DNA of 64,000 nucleotides from Nitrospirota bacterium (GCA_963701855.1 CAVPBK010000011.1:96001-160000), one strand, 5' to 3'. Positions 49,720 through 61,310 are shown, numbered from the stretch's first letter. Program-made: numbers and translations. The notes: generated by a model from the letters alone, not told the origin.

Positions 49720-50790
49720 TTAGATCGTCGTCGCGAAGGATGAAGCCAGTGAAGCTTGGGCATCGATGTCCAAGGAGGCGTGGAGCCCTGAAAAAAGAGC
49801 CTGTCGCCCTGCGGCTGCAATCATTGCCGCATTGTCGGTACAGTAGGCCAGCGGGGGGAGGCTTAACTGCAGGCTTTCGGATGCCGCTCGTTGCTGAAGC
49901 AGTGTGCGTAATCGAGAATTGGCTGACACTCCTCCGACAACGGCTAACGCTTGTGCGCCGGATGACCGAACTGCGGCAAATGATTTTTCCACCAAAACAG
50001 TCACGATGGCCTCCTGATAGCCAGCCGCCAAGTCAGCAATTTTCGCCTTGTGAGACTGCTCATCTATCCCTTGAAGTCTATAGAGCAATGCTGTCTTTAA
50101 ACCACTGAAACTAAAATCAAGGCTCCCATTTTTTAGATAAGAACGGGGAAAGGCAATGGTTTCTGGATTACCCAGGCGAGCCAGACCATCTATGGCTGGC
50201 CCTCCTGGAAATTCTAGCCCAAGCAACTGAGCCCCTTTATCAAATGCCTCCCCTGCCGCATCGTCTCGGGTGGCGCCAAGGAGTCTGCAGTGACCGCTTA
50301 GCTCCTTATAATAAAGATGGGTATGGCCACCGGAAACAACCAGGACCACGCAGGGTAAGGGAAACGCTGGATCCTTCAGCCAAGCGGAAGCGATGTGGCC
50401 TTCAAGATGACTCACGCCGACCACCGGAATATTCAAGGCATAGGCCAGTGCCTTTGCATAATTGACTCCGACGAGCAGAGCACCCGCCAAACCTGGTCCT
50501 TGGGTAACGGCGATTCCCGTGAGATCCGCCCATGCGAGACTGGCTTGTTGCAGTGCCGCAGATGATACGTCTTCAATCGATTCAATGTGGGCACGAGAAG
50601 CAAGTTCGGGAACGACGCCACCGAATCGCCGATGAACATCATGCTGTGACGTAATAATATTCGAAAGGACGGAACCGTCTTCGGCAAGCACCGATGCGGC
50701 CGTTTCATCACATGATGTTTCGATACCAAGGATGGGCCCAGGTATCCAGGCTGCGATAGGCTGCTCAACGGTCGTCATCGTAAAATGCAT
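49720..50790 (-). CDS. tsaD: tRNA threonylcarbamoyltransferase
   Basis: GIETSCDET, HLEGH, SGGHT, DDAAGEAFDK, DNAAMIA. Confidence 0.96.
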   Translation of the reverse strand: MHFTMTTVEQPIAAWIPGPILGIETSCDETAASVLAEDGSVLSNIITSQHDVHRRFGGVVPELASRAHIESIEDVSSAALQQASLAWADLTGIAVTQGPGLAGALLVGVNYAKALAYALNIPVVGVSHLEGHIASAWLKDPAFPLPCVVLVVSGGHTHLYYKELSGHCRLLGATRDDAAGEAFDKGAQLLGLEFPGGPAIDGLARLGNPETIAFPRSYLKNGSLDFSFSGLKTALLYRLQGIDEQSHKAKIADLAAGYQEAIVTVLVEKSFAAVRSSGAQALAVVGGVSANSRLRTLLQQRAASESLQLSLPPLAYCTDNAAMIAAAGRQALFSGLHASLDIDAQASLASSFATTI

Positions 50791-50921
50791 CCCAATCGTA
50801 CGAACTGGACAGCGAGAACTGCGTTATACAGAAGAGGAGAAATGACACGGCCCTCGTGGCCATTGGCGCCACAAGGGCCGTACTCTATACAATGGCGTCA
50901 CGCAGGTGCAGGGCTAAGATA

Positions 50922-53348
50922 CTAGACCCCAGCCATCGCCTCTTGCTCGATGAATGCCGGAGCGCCGTCGCGAAGCACCACGCGGATCTTTCGGCATTCC
51001 TTGAATCGCCCTCTAATCATCTCTTCGGAAAGTGGATCACCAATCGCGCGCTGAATCGTCCGGCGCATCGGTCTGGCTCCGTAAAGTGGTTCGTAGCCTT
51101 CTTTGATTAGCCACTGTTTGACATCATCCTCGACCTCAATCTCTACCCCCTTGTCGAGGAGACGAAGGTTGAGTTCACCCAAGAGGATATCGAGGATGCT
51201 GTAGAGATGCGTCTTGTCCAGCTGATGGAAGACTACGATCTCGTCAATCCGATTCAAAAACTCCGGGCTGAACGAGCGGCGTAATTCTCCCAACACTTCT
51301 TCCTTCTTATGGCGCTCTTGATCACCTTCTGTGCTCTGAAACCCGAGCGAGACTCCCTTCTGGATCATCTTGGTCCCGATATTAGAGGTCATGATGATGA
51401 CGCAATTTTTGAAGTCCACTTTACGTCCGAGACTGTCAGTCAGCACCCCGTCGTCCAATACTTGCAGCAAAATATTGAACACATCAGGATGGGCCTTTTC
51501 GATTTCGTCGAACAGGACCACTGAATAGGGCCGGCGCCGAACCCGTTCAGTCAATTGGCCACCCTCTTCATATCCCACATACCCAGGAGGGGCGCCGAAG
51601 AGTCGTGAACTGGTGAACTTTTCTTGATATTCGGACATATCGATCCGAATAAGCGAGTCTTCGCTATTGAAGAGGAACTCCGCGAGCGTCCTTGCCAACT
51701 CGGTTTTCCCGACCCCGGTGGGTCCCAGAAAAATAAAGGAACCAATGGGCTTTTTCGCTTCTTTCAGGCCGGCGCGTGACCGCCGAATGGCTCGGGCCAC
51801 AGCGGAGATCGCTTCATTCTGCCCAACCACGCGTTTATGGAGGAATTCCTCCATGCGAAGCAGCTTGTTCGATTCTTCTTCCTCAAGCTTGAAGAGTGGA
51901 ATGCCTGTCATCTTGGAGACGACATAGGCGACCTCTTCTTTCCCAATCGTCGGTTTGTTTTTTTCCTGGTTTTTCTTCCACTCACGCTTGGATTCATCGA
52001 GGAGTTTTCGCAGACGTTCTTCTTCCTCGCGATGGCGGACAGCCTCTTCGAAGTTCTGCATCGAGATGGCCAGTTCCTTATCTCGAGAGACTTTTTTCAG
52101 CTCTTGCTCCATGGCCTTCAGGTCGGACGGCAGCGCATAGGTCTGCAATTTGGCCCGCGATCCAGTCTCGTCGATCAAATCGATGGCCTTGTCCGGCAGG
52201 AAGCGATCGCTAATGTATCGATCGGACAGCTTGACCGCTTCGAGGATGGCCTCTTCTGAAATCTCGACCCCGTGATGTTCTTCATACCGATCGCGAAGCC
52301 CTTGGATGATCAACACCGTTTCATCAATGCTCGGCGGCTGGACGTGGATCGGCTGGAACCGTCGCTTGAGGGCTCCATCCTTCTCAATATGCTTTCGATA
52401 CTCATCGAGAGTCGTGGCGCCGATACATTGAATTTCTCCGCGCGACAGTGCGGGCTTGAGCATGTTGGAGGCATCGATCGACCCTTCCGCCGCCCCTGCA
52501 CCCACCAAAGTATGGAGTTCATCGATGAATATGATGATGTTCCCGGCCTGGACGATTTCTTTCATCACGACCTTCAGCCGTTCTTCGAATTGGCCCCGAT
52601 ATTTCGTCCCTGCGACCAATGAGCCGAGGTCGAGTGCAATGACACGTCGAGAGAGAAGGTTATCCGGCACTTCGGACTGGATAATTCGTTGGGCAAGCCC
52701 TTCAACAATGGCGGTCTTGCCGACGCCAGCCTCCCCGATGAGCACGGGATTATTTTTCGAACGGCGGCTCAGGATCTGAAGCACCCGCTCGATTTCGTCG
52801 GCTCGGCCGATGACAGGATCCAGTTGCCCTGCCTGGGCAAGCTGAGTCAGATCGCGACCGAACTCATCAAGTGCCGGGGTATTACTCTTCCGGTCCCGCT
52901 CACGCGGGGCGGACTTCCGCAAGAATGTCACGGTCAATTGTCGGGCAGTCAGGAGATTGGCGCCTAAGCTGCGGAGAATCTTTCCACCGATTCCCTCTTC
53001 TTCTCGAAGGAGGCCCAATAAGAGGTGCTCACTACCGATATGATTGTGTCCAAGGAGACGGGCTTCTTCGACCCCGTATTCGATGACCTTCTTGACCCGA
53101 GGGCTGAATGGAATCTCACCAAAGGTCATGGTAGTTCCCCCGCCAGGCAAATTCCGTTCAATTTCCAAACGGACTTGTTCGGTCGAGAGTCCCATCTTTT
53201 TCAAGATCATCAGGGCAATCCCGTCGGATTCTCGGAGAATGGCCAAGACAAGATGCTCGGTTCCGAGGTAGTCGTTTTGATGACGCTCAGCCTCTTCCCG
53301 TGCGAGGATGATGATCTTCCGGCCCTTATCCGTAAATCTTTCGAACAT
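50922..53348 (-). CDS. clpC: ATP-dependent Clp protease ATP-binding subunit
   Basis: MFERFT N-domain, two AAA+ modules ([16 protein letters not shown]), LGF loop. Confidence 0.95.
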   Translation of the reverse strand: MFERFTDKGRKIIILAREEAERHQNDYLGTEHLVLAILRESDGIALMILKKMGLSTEQVRLEIERNLPGGGTTMTFGEIPFSPRVKKVIEYGVEEARLLGHNHIGSEHLLLGLLREEEGIGGKILRSLGANLLTARQLTVTFLRKSAPRERDRKSNTPALDEFGRDLTQLAQAGQLDPVIGRADEIERVLQILSRRSKNNPVLIGEAGVGKTAIVEGLAQRIIQSEVPDNLLSRRVIALDLGSLVAGTKYRGQFEERLKVVMKEIVQAGNIIIFIDELHTLVGAGAAEGSIDASNMLKPALSRGEIQCIGATTLDEYRKHIEKDGALKRRFQPIHVQPPSIDETVLIIQGLRDRYEEHHGVEISEEAILEAVKLSDRYISDRFLPDKAIDLIDETGSRAKLQTYALPSDLKAMEQELKKVSRDKELAISMQNFEEAVRHREEEERLRKLLDESKREWKKNQEKNKPTIGKEEVAYVVSKMTGIPLFKLEEEESNKLLRMEEFLHKRVVGQNEAISAVARAIRRSRAGLKEAKKPIGSFIFLGPTGVGKTELARTLAEFLFNSEDSLIRIDMSEYQEKFTSSRLFGAPPGYVGYEEGGQLTERVRRRPYSVVLFDEIEKAHPDVFNILLQVLDDGVLTDSLGRKVDFKNCVIIMTSNIGTKMIQKGVSLGFQSTEGDQERHKKEEVLGELRRSFSPEFLNRIDEIVVFHQLDKTHLYSILDILLGELNLRLLDKGVEIEVEDDVKQWLIKEGYEPLYGARPMRRTIQRAIGDPLSEEMIRGRFKECRKIRVVLRDGAPAFIEQEAMAGV

Positions 53349-53417
53349 CCTGCCTCCTTTTAGGGTGGACCTGATAGCCAGCTCCACACGCGCAAAGTTC
53401 TCGAAAAATCTGACCTA

Positions 53418-53446
53418 ATTCTAACTAGAAGGATTTTAAGTGTCAA
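53418..53446 (-). promoter_or_regulatory. Sigma70-type promoter of clpC
   Basis: TTGACA-17nt-TAGAAT. Confidence 0.75.
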
Positions 53447-53524
53447 GACTACGATACAATCGCACAAGCCAAGAGTTGGAGTGGACGAAATACATGTGGT
53501 GAAGGCCTGCCCCCTTCTGATTCG

Positions 53525-53554
53525 TTGACTTCAAAATAACCCACCCGATACAAT
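53525..53554 (+). promoter_or_regulatory. Sigma70-type promoter of nadK
   Basis: TTGACT-18nt-TACAAT. Confidence 0.6.
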
Positions 53555-53605
53555 CGCGCACATTTTCGCTGACCTCTCGATGTCATTACCATAGGGCGTC
53601 AACAC

Positions 53606-54466
53606 ATGAAAAGCAAAAGTATCGGGATCCTGGCAAAGCCAAAATTTCCTGAGATCAAGAGTACGCTGCAAGATGTGATCGCCTGGCTCCGGGCTCGAAA
53701 CATTGATGTGATTTTCGACACGACATCGGCAGCGCTTCTTGGTGAACAGGGGGGGTATCAAAACACTCAGCTGGCGAGCAAAGCGGACGTACTTCTGGTC
53801 TTGGGCGGCGACGGAACCATGCTCAATGCCGCTCGACTTGCCGGGGAACGAGGCATTCCCATCCTCGGCGTCAACATGGGCGGACTCGGTTTTTTAACCG
53901 AGGTTCGCTTGGAGAATCTATACCCCTCGCTCGAACGGGTATTCGCGAATGACTTTGTCCTCGATGAGCGACTCATGCTACGGACGAATATACATCGGCA
54001 TGGAGAGACGGTGGCGCAAGGGGTGGTGTTGAACGATGTCGTCATCAGCAAGGGCACGCTGGCCCACATGATCGAACTCAAGATTGCGATTCATGGACGA
54101 TTCGTGACTAACTTGCGCGGCGACGGGCTGATTGTCAGCAGCCCGACGGGATCCACCGCCTATTCCCTTTCAGCCGGAGGTCCCATTATCGATCCGGCAG
54201 TCCAATCATTGATCCTGACGCCGATTTGTCCTCATACGCTGACGCACCGGCCATTGATCGTGCCGGGCAACGCAGAGATCGATGTAACACTCACGAGTAA
54301 AGACGACGGCGCCATAGCGACGCTCGATGGACAGATGGGAGTGGCAATCACGCAGGGAGATACAATCGTGATTCAGACCTCGGAACACAGGTCCAGATTG
54401 ATCCGGTTTCCAGAGAGTAATTACTATGACGTGCTGAGAGAGAAACTCAAATGGGGGGACGGATAG
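53606..54466 (+). CDS. nadK: NAD kinase
   Basis: GGDGT, LND, SPTGSTAYSLSAGGP. Confidence 0.96.
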   Translation: MKSKSIGILAKPKFPEIKSTLQDVIAWLRARNIDVIFDTTSAALLGEQGGYQNTQLASKADVLLVLGGDGTMLNAARLAGERGIPILGVNMGGLGFLTEVRLENLYPSLERVFANDFVLDERLMLRTNIHRHGETVAQGVVLNDVVISKGTLAHMIELKIAIHGRFVTNLRGDGLIVSSPTGSTAYSLSAGGPIIDPAVQSLILTPICPHTLTHRPLIVPGNAEIDVTLTSKDDGAIATLDGQMGVAITQGDTIVIQTSEHRSRLIRFPESNYYDVLREKLKWGDG

Positions 54467-54484
54467 AAACTAAAGACGTGCGGG

Positions 54485-55840
54485 CTAGGTCTTCCCACTC
54501 TCGATTAATTTGAGCATTTCCTGGTTGTTTGTAAATTTGAACTCCCCGATACAGTCCTCGCCCCAGTGACTTTTTTCATTCGACTCGAGTATGCGGAGCC
54601 CCGCCACATCGACCGGGTGACTCTTGTGCTTCGTGAGAATTGCGGCGAGCTTGCCGAGGACGACTTTTACGTCAAGGTGGTTACTCGATGTTTTCGTCGA
54701 GAGGTATTTGGCGACAACTTCCGCACACCAATCCCCGTCTCGTTTGGCGATGCCGACTAATCCTTCGCTCGCCTTCCGTGCCCACCCAGCGAGAAATACA
54801 CCGTCCACGATCTTGCCTGTGGTTTCGTCATAGGCTTGGAAGAGTGCGTCGTCCGGATCATTGCCAGTCTTGTTAGGGTTCGTGACGAACAGGCCGTTTT
54901 TGTATGGCAGCCCAACGGTCTCATCGACTTTGTCGCCGACGGCAAAGACCACGGCATCACAAGGGAATTCATAATACTGCTTCAGCCCGACCGCGACCGT
55001 ATCCTCGCCTTTTGGATCAAGCTTGTTGTCTTCCATCTCCAGTCCACGAACCCGATTGTTCTCGTCCACAAGAATGCGTTTCGGAGAGGCCAAAAACTTG
55101 AAACCCATCTTCGTCTCGCTGACTTTCGGCTCGCATTTCGTAAACTCGTCCATCAGGCCCTTGAGTACCTCGTCTGCATTCTGGCCGACCGCGGCAAGGC
55201 GATCCTTAATCCGAGCGACCTCATTGGCAATCCCGTCCCTATCCATGTTGGCGCAGACCATGCGAATTTCTTTCGGATTGTACTTTCGCTCGACTGGCCC
55301 ACGCCGCACGATCGCTGTGACCCGCTCAACTTTCTTATAGCGAGTCAGCCAATGGGCGATATCGACCATCACGTCCCCGGCGCCGATTATGGCCACGTGC
55401 TTACCCGTCTCAAACGGTCGATCGCCGAATCCAGGAAGCCGATTGAAGTGGTACACGACATCCTTCGCGTGGAACACACCCTTGGCCGAGTCCCCTTCCA
55501 CACCGATAGCTTTGGTGCCTTGCGCGCCGATAGAAAACACGACTGCGCTGGCGCCAAGATTTCGAACCTCATCGACGGTGAGATCTTTACCGTTGCCGAT
55601 GGATACATTTCCAAAGTAATGGACGTTCGGTCTCTCGATCAATTCCCAGTACTGTTTTTTGAGACCGCCGCGCAGTTTGAGTTTTGAGGGAAAGATCCCA
55701 TATTCAGCCAACCCCCCGAACTTGATGTCCCGATTCAGAATGATCACCTCATGGCCCGCCTTTGCGAGGGTACTGGCTACTGCCATACCTGCTGGCCCAG
55801 CGCCAATCAGAAGAATCACATGCGCGTTTGTTGCACTCAT
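54485..55840 (-). CDS. FAD-dependent oxidoreductase (ferredoxin-NADP+/adrenodoxin reductase-like)
   Basis: GAGPAG, GGLAEYGI, GAGDVMVD, GWAR. Confidence 0.85.
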   Translation of the reverse strand: MSATNAHVILLIGAGPAGMAVASTLAKAGHEVIILNRDIKFGGLAEYGIFPSKLKLRGGLKKQYWELIERPNVHYFGNVSIGNGKDLTVDEVRNLGASAVVFSIGAQGTKAIGVEGDSAKGVFHAKDVVYHFNRLPGFGDRPFETGKHVAIIGAGDVMVDIAHWLTRYKKVERVTAIVRRGPVERKYNPKEIRMVCANMDRDGIANEVARIKDRLAAVGQNADEVLKGLMDEFTKCEPKVSETKMGFKFLASPKRILVDENNRVRGLEMEDNKLDPKGEDTVAVGLKQYYEFPCDAVVFAVGDKVDETVGLPYKNGLFVTNPNKTGNDPDDALFQAYDETTGKIVDGVFLAGWARKASEGLVGIAKRDGDWCAEVVAKYLSTKTSSNHLDVKVVLGKLAAILTKHKSHPVDVAGLRILESNEKSHWGEDCIGEFKFTNNQEMLKLIESGKT

Positions 55841-55898
55841 GAGTTATTTCCAAGGAAAATCTGACAGTGAATCGACCAGAACCCCAACAGTTCCGCGG

Positions 55899-55928
55899 AC
55901 TTTAGCATAGGGGCTTTTGCGCTGTCAA
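55899..55928 (-). promoter_or_regulatory. Sigma70-type promoter of the reductase gene
   Basis: TTGACA-18nt-TAAAGT with an upstream TG. Confidence 0.5.
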
Positions 55929-56036
55929 AAGTGATTGGCTGGAATTGAAGGACCGCAGAACCAGAGGACCCAGTGCGAGGGTGTTGAGCCATCGTCACCG
56001 GGTCCTTGGTTGTGCTGCTAGGCGAGACTGAAGAGT

Positions 56037-58061
56037 CTAATGATCATCATGGTGATCATCAGACCCGATCGGATTCCGCTGGCCTTTTGTCAACTGGATC
56101 TTCCATATGGGAGGAAGCTCCTGGACCCAGCCATTGTAGATAACAGGGACAGGCAACACACCCTGAGCGCCCATGCCTCTGTTCCCGTTGATCGCATCAT
56201 CGTTCGGGGCGTTGTCATTAGCCAGGATTACCCAGCCTGCAATTTTTGCATCGGACGCATCACCATCATTGTTCGGATCGTAATCCAAGACGATCAAGCG
56301 GTTGGAAAATTTTGGCGTGACGTAGGCGTAGTACCCGCCACCTTTTTTTGCTCCAAAATTCACTCCGTGGCAACCTGGATCACAGGAAAGTATTTTCACA
56401 ATCGTATCGGTTTTCGTACTCACGATGGTAATGGTGCCGCCTAAGGTATTACCCGTGACCATAAATTTCCCGTCAGGACTCACAGGAGTCTGCACGGGAA
56501 ATCCACCTATCAGACCATCTATGCATTTGCCGCCCTTGCACCCATCAACCAGGTCATACCCCTGAAGCAAGGAGATGTCTTTGATTTTCTCCCCCGGCTG
56601 GTAGATTTTTCCATACCACAGCTTCCGCTTCGGGCCGTTCATGACTGATATCGAGTGGCCGAGATAGTTCGTCACATAGTATTTACTCGAATCTGGCATC
56701 ATGCTGGCCGCAATAGACACGGCTCCTGTGTCATGCTTCGCGAGTACATGGCCCGTATTAAAGCCGGTGAATTCGTACAGCGTCGAGTCGGCCGAATTGG
56801 AGTTGGGTGTGACCATGTGCCCGCCGTCGAACCCCATCCAATGGGCATGGGGCTGCGTTTGCTTTGTTGGATGGTTGGGATCTTGCATCGAGATCGTTCG
56901 CTGGTACGAAAGTAAGCCGGAACCTGGGTTCCTGTTCAGTTCCACCACTCCATCTTCGCCATTAAGCCCTGTATGGACTTGCTGCGTGTCCACCCGTGTC
57001 ATGACATGGGCAGGGTCATACCCGACCTCGATTTCCTGCAAAAGATGGCCAGTAACACGATCGAGCACGAACAAGCTCTTACCATGCCACTCCGTCTGAT
57101 AAATCTGCCGCTGATCGTGGCTGGTCCACATGTTGTGGCCGTTGTTCATCTTTTGGTCAGGCAGGGCGATCTTTCGTTTAACTTCCCAATTGCGGTCAGG
57201 CAACAGAGCATCGACTTCCACCACGCTCATCGTTCCAGGGAAGCCCGGCCGTTTCCTGGCACTCAACTCAAATTGGGTATCGACCCACACTTCTCCAACC
57301 CCCTTGATGTGGGGTTTCTGCTGCGTCGGGATAGCATCACCATCAAATGTTGCCTGGAGTGCCGCGTTTAAATCTGGAACGATTGCGCCGCCAGTGACGA
57401 CGACAGGCACGGGAGGATAGGCTGGCTTATAGGGGATTCCAACCTTTGTATAGTCTTTCCAATTGGATGGATTGGTCACGATAAAGAAGGCGCGCAACGC
57501 CCGCAGTCCAAGATTTGAATTGCTGGGAAATGTCAGGTTCGCCGGATCCGTGACTTCTCTATTCACCAGCAGCGTGAGCTTGTCACCGATGTCATATGCC
57601 GGTACCGTCTGCCCCTTCCCGTCCACTGTCGTTGTGGTCGGGTTGTCAACGATGACCCCAGCGAGCATGTAGGGATGGAGCTTGCACACAAAGACATACA
57701 AGCCCGGGGTGCTCAGTGTCACGGAATGATCATTCTGACTCGCCTTATCCTCGTCGAGGAGTTCATTCGGTTGGGCATTCGACGGCCAGATCAGGCTCGT
57801 AACGGTGTGCCTGCTTTCTACACGAGAGGGGCCAGGGCCAGAAGGGCCAAATTTCGAACTTTTCATAAGGAACGTAATCGTCTCACCAGCTCGTGTGCTA
57901 GGGACGATTGCGAGTGAGCGAGTACCGGCGATGTCAGTGCCACTATCGAACCAACGGCCTGGCTCATCGGTCACATCAAAATATGTAGTGCCGGCCTGGG
58001 CCATACCAGCCGTGCCCCACAGTAATCCAGATACCAAGAATGCTGCTCGAACGTATTTCAT
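56037..58061 (-). CDS. Secreted cupredoxin + YVTN/YncE-like beta-propeller protein (putative copper enzyme)
   Basis: Signal peptide, HTVT...CKLHPYM type-1 Cu motif, propeller blades with His at blade starts; AAGGAGG SD. Confidence 0.75.
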   Translation of the reverse strand: MKYVRAAFLVSGLLWGTAGMAQAGTTYFDVTDEPGRWFDSGTDIAGTRSLAIVPSTRAGETITFLMKSSKFGPSGPGPSRVESRHTVTSLIWPSNAQPNELLDEDKASQNDHSVTLSTPGLYVFVCKLHPYMLAGVIVDNPTTTTVDGKGQTVPAYDIGDKLTLLVNREVTDPANLTFPSNSNLGLRALRAFFIVTNPSNWKDYTKVGIPYKPAYPPVPVVVTGGAIVPDLNAALQATFDGDAIPTQQKPHIKGVGEVWVDTQFELSARKRPGFPGTMSVVEVDALLPDRNWEVKRKIALPDQKMNNGHNMWTSHDQRQIYQTEWHGKSLFVLDRVTGHLLQEIEVGYDPAHVMTRVDTQQVHTGLNGEDGVVELNRNPGSGLLSYQRTISMQDPNHPTKQTQPHAHWMGFDGGHMVTPNSNSADSTLYEFTGFNTGHVLAKHDTGAVSIAASMMPDSSKYYVTNYLGHSISVMNGPKRKLWYGKIYQPGEKIKDISLLQGYDLVDGCKGGKCIDGLIGGFPVQTPVSPDGKFMVTGNTLGGTITIVSTKTDTIVKILSCDPGCHGVNFGAKKGGGYYAYVTPKFSNRLIVLDYDPNNDGDASDAKIAGWVILANDNAPNDDAINGNRGMGAQGVLPVPVIYNGWVQELPPIWKIQLTKGQRNPIGSDDHHDDH

Positions 58062-58232
58062 AGAACCTCCTTACCAAATAACTTGCCATTGACCATGAGG
58101 GAATATCACTTCAGAAATCGAGTGAGGCAACCCTTCTCGATTTTGTGAATCGGACCTCCTTTCTGACAGCTGCTATTGGTTGCTAGCATTTTGTTTTTGC
58201 CTGTTCAGGCAGCCGCTGCTTTACAGTGCTAT

Positions 58233-58781
58233 TCAGCTCCGCTCTCGTTCCTGCTCAGCAGCCCAGTACCGTTCGATAATTTCAATTGCTTTCGCCTGCA
58301 CGGCTGGGTCTTCGTCATCCATGGCCTCGAATAGTGGATCAAGAGGTGCCGAGGTCTCCTTTGACCCCCAGTGGCTCATGGCCCGAAGCCGTACACTGGC
58401 ATCGGGAGAGTTGAGGTCTTTGGTTATCAAGTCGGGTATAAGGGGGACCGAGTTAGCGTTGGGCATTTCAGCAGGCTGGGATTGAATCCGGTCTCCAGAG
58501 CCTCTGATGTTCACACCTGGGACGCCCCCGGTGCCTGACGCAGAGCCAGTCCCATTAGCTGCGGCAAAAGGCATAGGGTTGGTCGCCGGAGGGGCTGGGT
58601 CGTTGCGTGGCGACAAACTCTTCTGAGCCAGAGGCGGTCCTGCCACGTTCGCGCGCGGCCCGGAGGTTGGTGCATTGTCAGACGCCGGCCCGCAGCCGAC
58701 CAATCCCGCGAAGAGTACAGCGCTCAGGAGCAATGCTATGCGCGGATACAACAGATGCAGGGACGGTCGTGACGGACGCAT
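58233..58781 (-). CDS. Lipoprotein with a HEAT-like repeat
   Basis: Lipobox LVGC, Pro/Ala linker, SPDASVRLRA / DEDPAVQAKA. Confidence 0.75.
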   Translation of the reverse strand: MRPSRPSLHLLYPRIALLLSAVLFAGLVGCGPASDNAPTSGPRANVAGPPLAQKSLSPRNDPAPPATNPMPFAAANGTGSASGTGGVPGVNIRGSGDRIQSQPAEMPNANSVPLIPDLITKDLNSPDASVRLRAMSHWGSKETSAPLDPLFEAMDDEDPAVQAKAIEIIERYWAAEQERERS

Positions 58782-59104
58782 GTCTTCAGTCCTTAATCAG
58801 ATGACGTCAACGGTGGGAGCATAAAGAGGCACTGTTTCAGTTTGGTTAGTATTGATTTAATCTTCGCAACAACAACATCTTCTGGTTGTCTGTCTTTGGA
58901 TTTTAATCGTATGATTTGGTTGGGTTTCTCTGCAGCTTGCCTGAGTTTTAAACCGACATGTCATTCACAGGCCTGAACTCATTTCTCCTGCTGTCCCCAG
59001 TTGGGCAATACTTCTAGGCGTTTGCCACATACATAGACAATGCGTCAGATGGCGTACATCGAGCCACGTAATCCACTTTCCACGCGCGATCGACCCAGCC
59101 ATCA

Positions 59105-59308
59105 TCATCGGACGTCTCGAATAACCCGCCGCATCCGCACGATCGCTTCAGTTCGTGTGTGAACATCAAGATGCAGATAGATACGCTGCAGAGGCTTTTG
59201 AATGTAGCGTGGACTAACCTCGAGCACGAGCGCAATTTCCTTGTTCGACATCCCTTGCTGCAGCCAGGAGAGGACTTCGGATTTTCTCTTTGAAAGACCG
59301 TCATCCAT
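59105..59308 (-). CDS. LuxR-type HTH protein (HTH only, possibly degenerate)
   Basis: LSKRKSEVLSWLQQGMSNKEIALVLEVS...LDVHTRTEA. Confidence 0.65.
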   Translation of the reverse strand: MDDGLSKRKSEVLSWLQQGMSNKEIALVLEVSPRYIQKPLQRIYLHLDVHTRTEAIVRMRRVIRDVR

Positions 59309-59742
59309 CTTCGTGTTTTTCGGCAAGCCGATCACATTGTGGTTAGGGCGAATGGAATCGGCGGAAGTGCAAGATACAAACCAACTTGCCCGATCATGAG
59401 ATTGATCAGGCCTGCTACCGAATATTGAGATTTGCAAGGAAACTTTGACTCTGCAGAAAGGATGGATGGATCAGAGAACCAGCAATGAGGGAATCTGGTG
59501 AATCACTTCAGATTCATGCTGGATGCAAAATGATTCCATGTGCCGGACACAATGGTAGACCTAGCGGCGAAAATACTCATCCCATCATGGAATAACTGTA
59601 GCCGAGTGGAGGACTGGCCATACGCTTCTGGAAAGAAATGTGGACAGTATGAGATGAACCCATCGTATGCCTGCTTGGAGGGAGCCTGGGACCGCTCACA
59701 TTGCATGTGTTGAACAAGCACAGTGCCGCAGTTTTGCCGCCG

Positions 59743-61179
59743 CTACCCCCCTGCACTTCCAACAGGCCCACCTGGCTCGGTCATACGCCAGGGATCGAGC
59801 AGTTCAGTGAGCCGTTTTTCTGGCAGGACTTTTTGCTCTTTGGCCATCTGACGCACAGTCTTGCCTGATTTGTATGCATCCTTGGCGAGTTTCGCGGCAG
59901 CCTCGTAACCGATCTCTGGCGCCAGGGCGGTGCACATGGCCAGACTTTCCTCGATCAGGCTCTTACAGCGCTCTTCGTTGGCTTTGATGCCGTCGATACA
60001 CTTGACCGCGAAGTTAGTTGACACAGTCGAGAGCAGTTCAATGGATTGTAAGACATTATAGGCCATCACCGGCAGCATAACGATCAGTTCGAAATTGGCC
60101 GCCTGCCCTCCCACTGTCACCGTCACATCGTTTCCAATCACCTGAGCGCAGACCATCGTCACTGATTCGGCAATCACCGGGTTGACTTTGCCCGGCATGA
60201 TGGACGAGCCTGGCTGTGTCTCCGGCAGATTGATCTCTCCGAGCCCACAGCGAGGGCCCGAACCGAGCCAGCGAATGTCGTTAGCGATTTTCATGAGGCT
60301 CACGGCGATGGTCTTTAACTCCCCGCTCGCTTCAACCAACGAATCCTGAGTGGACTGTGCTTCGAAGTGGTTTTTTGCTTCGACAAATGTGCAGCCGGTC
60401 TCTTTCGAAATGATGGACAGTACCTTGGCTGAGAACTTCGGGTGGCAATTGAGACCTGTGCCGACTGCGGTACCGCCGAGCGCGACTTCGCTGAGCGCAG
60501 CTTGCGCGCGCTTGACTCGCTGAATACCTAATTCAATCTGCCTCGCGTACCCGCCGAATTCCTGACCCAATCGAACAGGCGTCGCATCCTGCAAATGAGT
60601 GCGGCCGATCTTGACGATCTTGTCGAACTCTTTGGCTTTGCGAGCGAGCGCTTTCTGCAAGCCAGTGAGTGCCGGAATGAGCTGTTGTTGCATCATTTCC
60701 CCGGCAGCAATATGGATCGCCGTAGGAATCACGTCGTTGCTGGATTGGCCCAGATTGACGTGGTCGTTTGGATGCACCAGCTTGCTGCCTCGTGCTCCGC
60801 CTAACAGCTCGGTGGCACGATTGGAGATCACCTCGTTGGTATTCATGTTCGTCGAGGTGCCTGAGCCGGTTTGGAAAATATCGACTGGGAATTCGGCGTC
60901 GAGCGCTCCCTCAACCACTTCGGTCGCTGCCTGCTTAATCGCATCCGCCGGCTTTTTATCGAGGAGACCGAGCGACTGATTGACCGTTGCAGCAGCACGT
61001 TTGATCAGCCCCATCGCCCTGATCATGGCGCGGGGAAATCGCAACGAGCTGATCGGGAAGTTTTCAATAGCGCGAGCGGTTTGCACACCATAATAGGCCC
61101 TGGCCGGTACGGCCAGCTCGCCCATCGTATCCCGTTCAACTCTGGTCGCAGGTGATGACTGAGTCGCTGTCTTCTTCAT
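59743..61179 (-). CDS. fumC: Class II fumarate hydratase
   Basis: QTGSGTSTNMN, GRTHLQDATP, GSSIMPGKVNP. Confidence 0.94.
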   Translation of the reverse strand: MKKTATQSSPATRVERDTMGELAVPARAYYGVQTARAIENFPISSLRFPRAMIRAMGLIKRAAATVNQSLGLLDKKPADAIKQAATEVVEGALDAEFPVDIFQTGSGTSTNMNTNEVISNRATELLGGARGSKLVHPNDHVNLGQSSNDVIPTAIHIAAGEMMQQQLIPALTGLQKALARKAKEFDKIVKIGRTHLQDATPVRLGQEFGGYARQIELGIQRVKRAQAALSEVALGGTAVGTGLNCHPKFSAKVLSIISKETGCTFVEAKNHFEAQSTQDSLVEASGELKTIAVSLMKIANDIRWLGSGPRCGLGEINLPETQPGSSIMPGKVNPVIAESVTMVCAQVIGNDVTVTVGGQAANFELIVMLPVMAYNVLQSIELLSTVSTNFAVKCIDGIKANEERCKSLIEESLAMCTALAPEIGYEAAAKLAKDAYKSGKTVRQMAKEQKVLPEKRLTELLDPWRMTEPGGPVGSAGG

Positions 61180-61310
61180 GGATACTACTCCGGTGTAAGG
61201 GTTCTAGATGGTGCGGGCGTCATAATAAACGTTGGCACCTGCTTGCACAAGGGTGTTGGTCGATCTAAAGCGCGTAATGCCAGGCATACTTGATGGTGGG
61301 TAGTAGAGGG

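Noticed and set aside
61232..61248. Sigma54-like TGGCAC...TTGC
   Set aside because: GG-to-GC spacing is 9 rather than 10 nt and it does not point into a plus-strand gene
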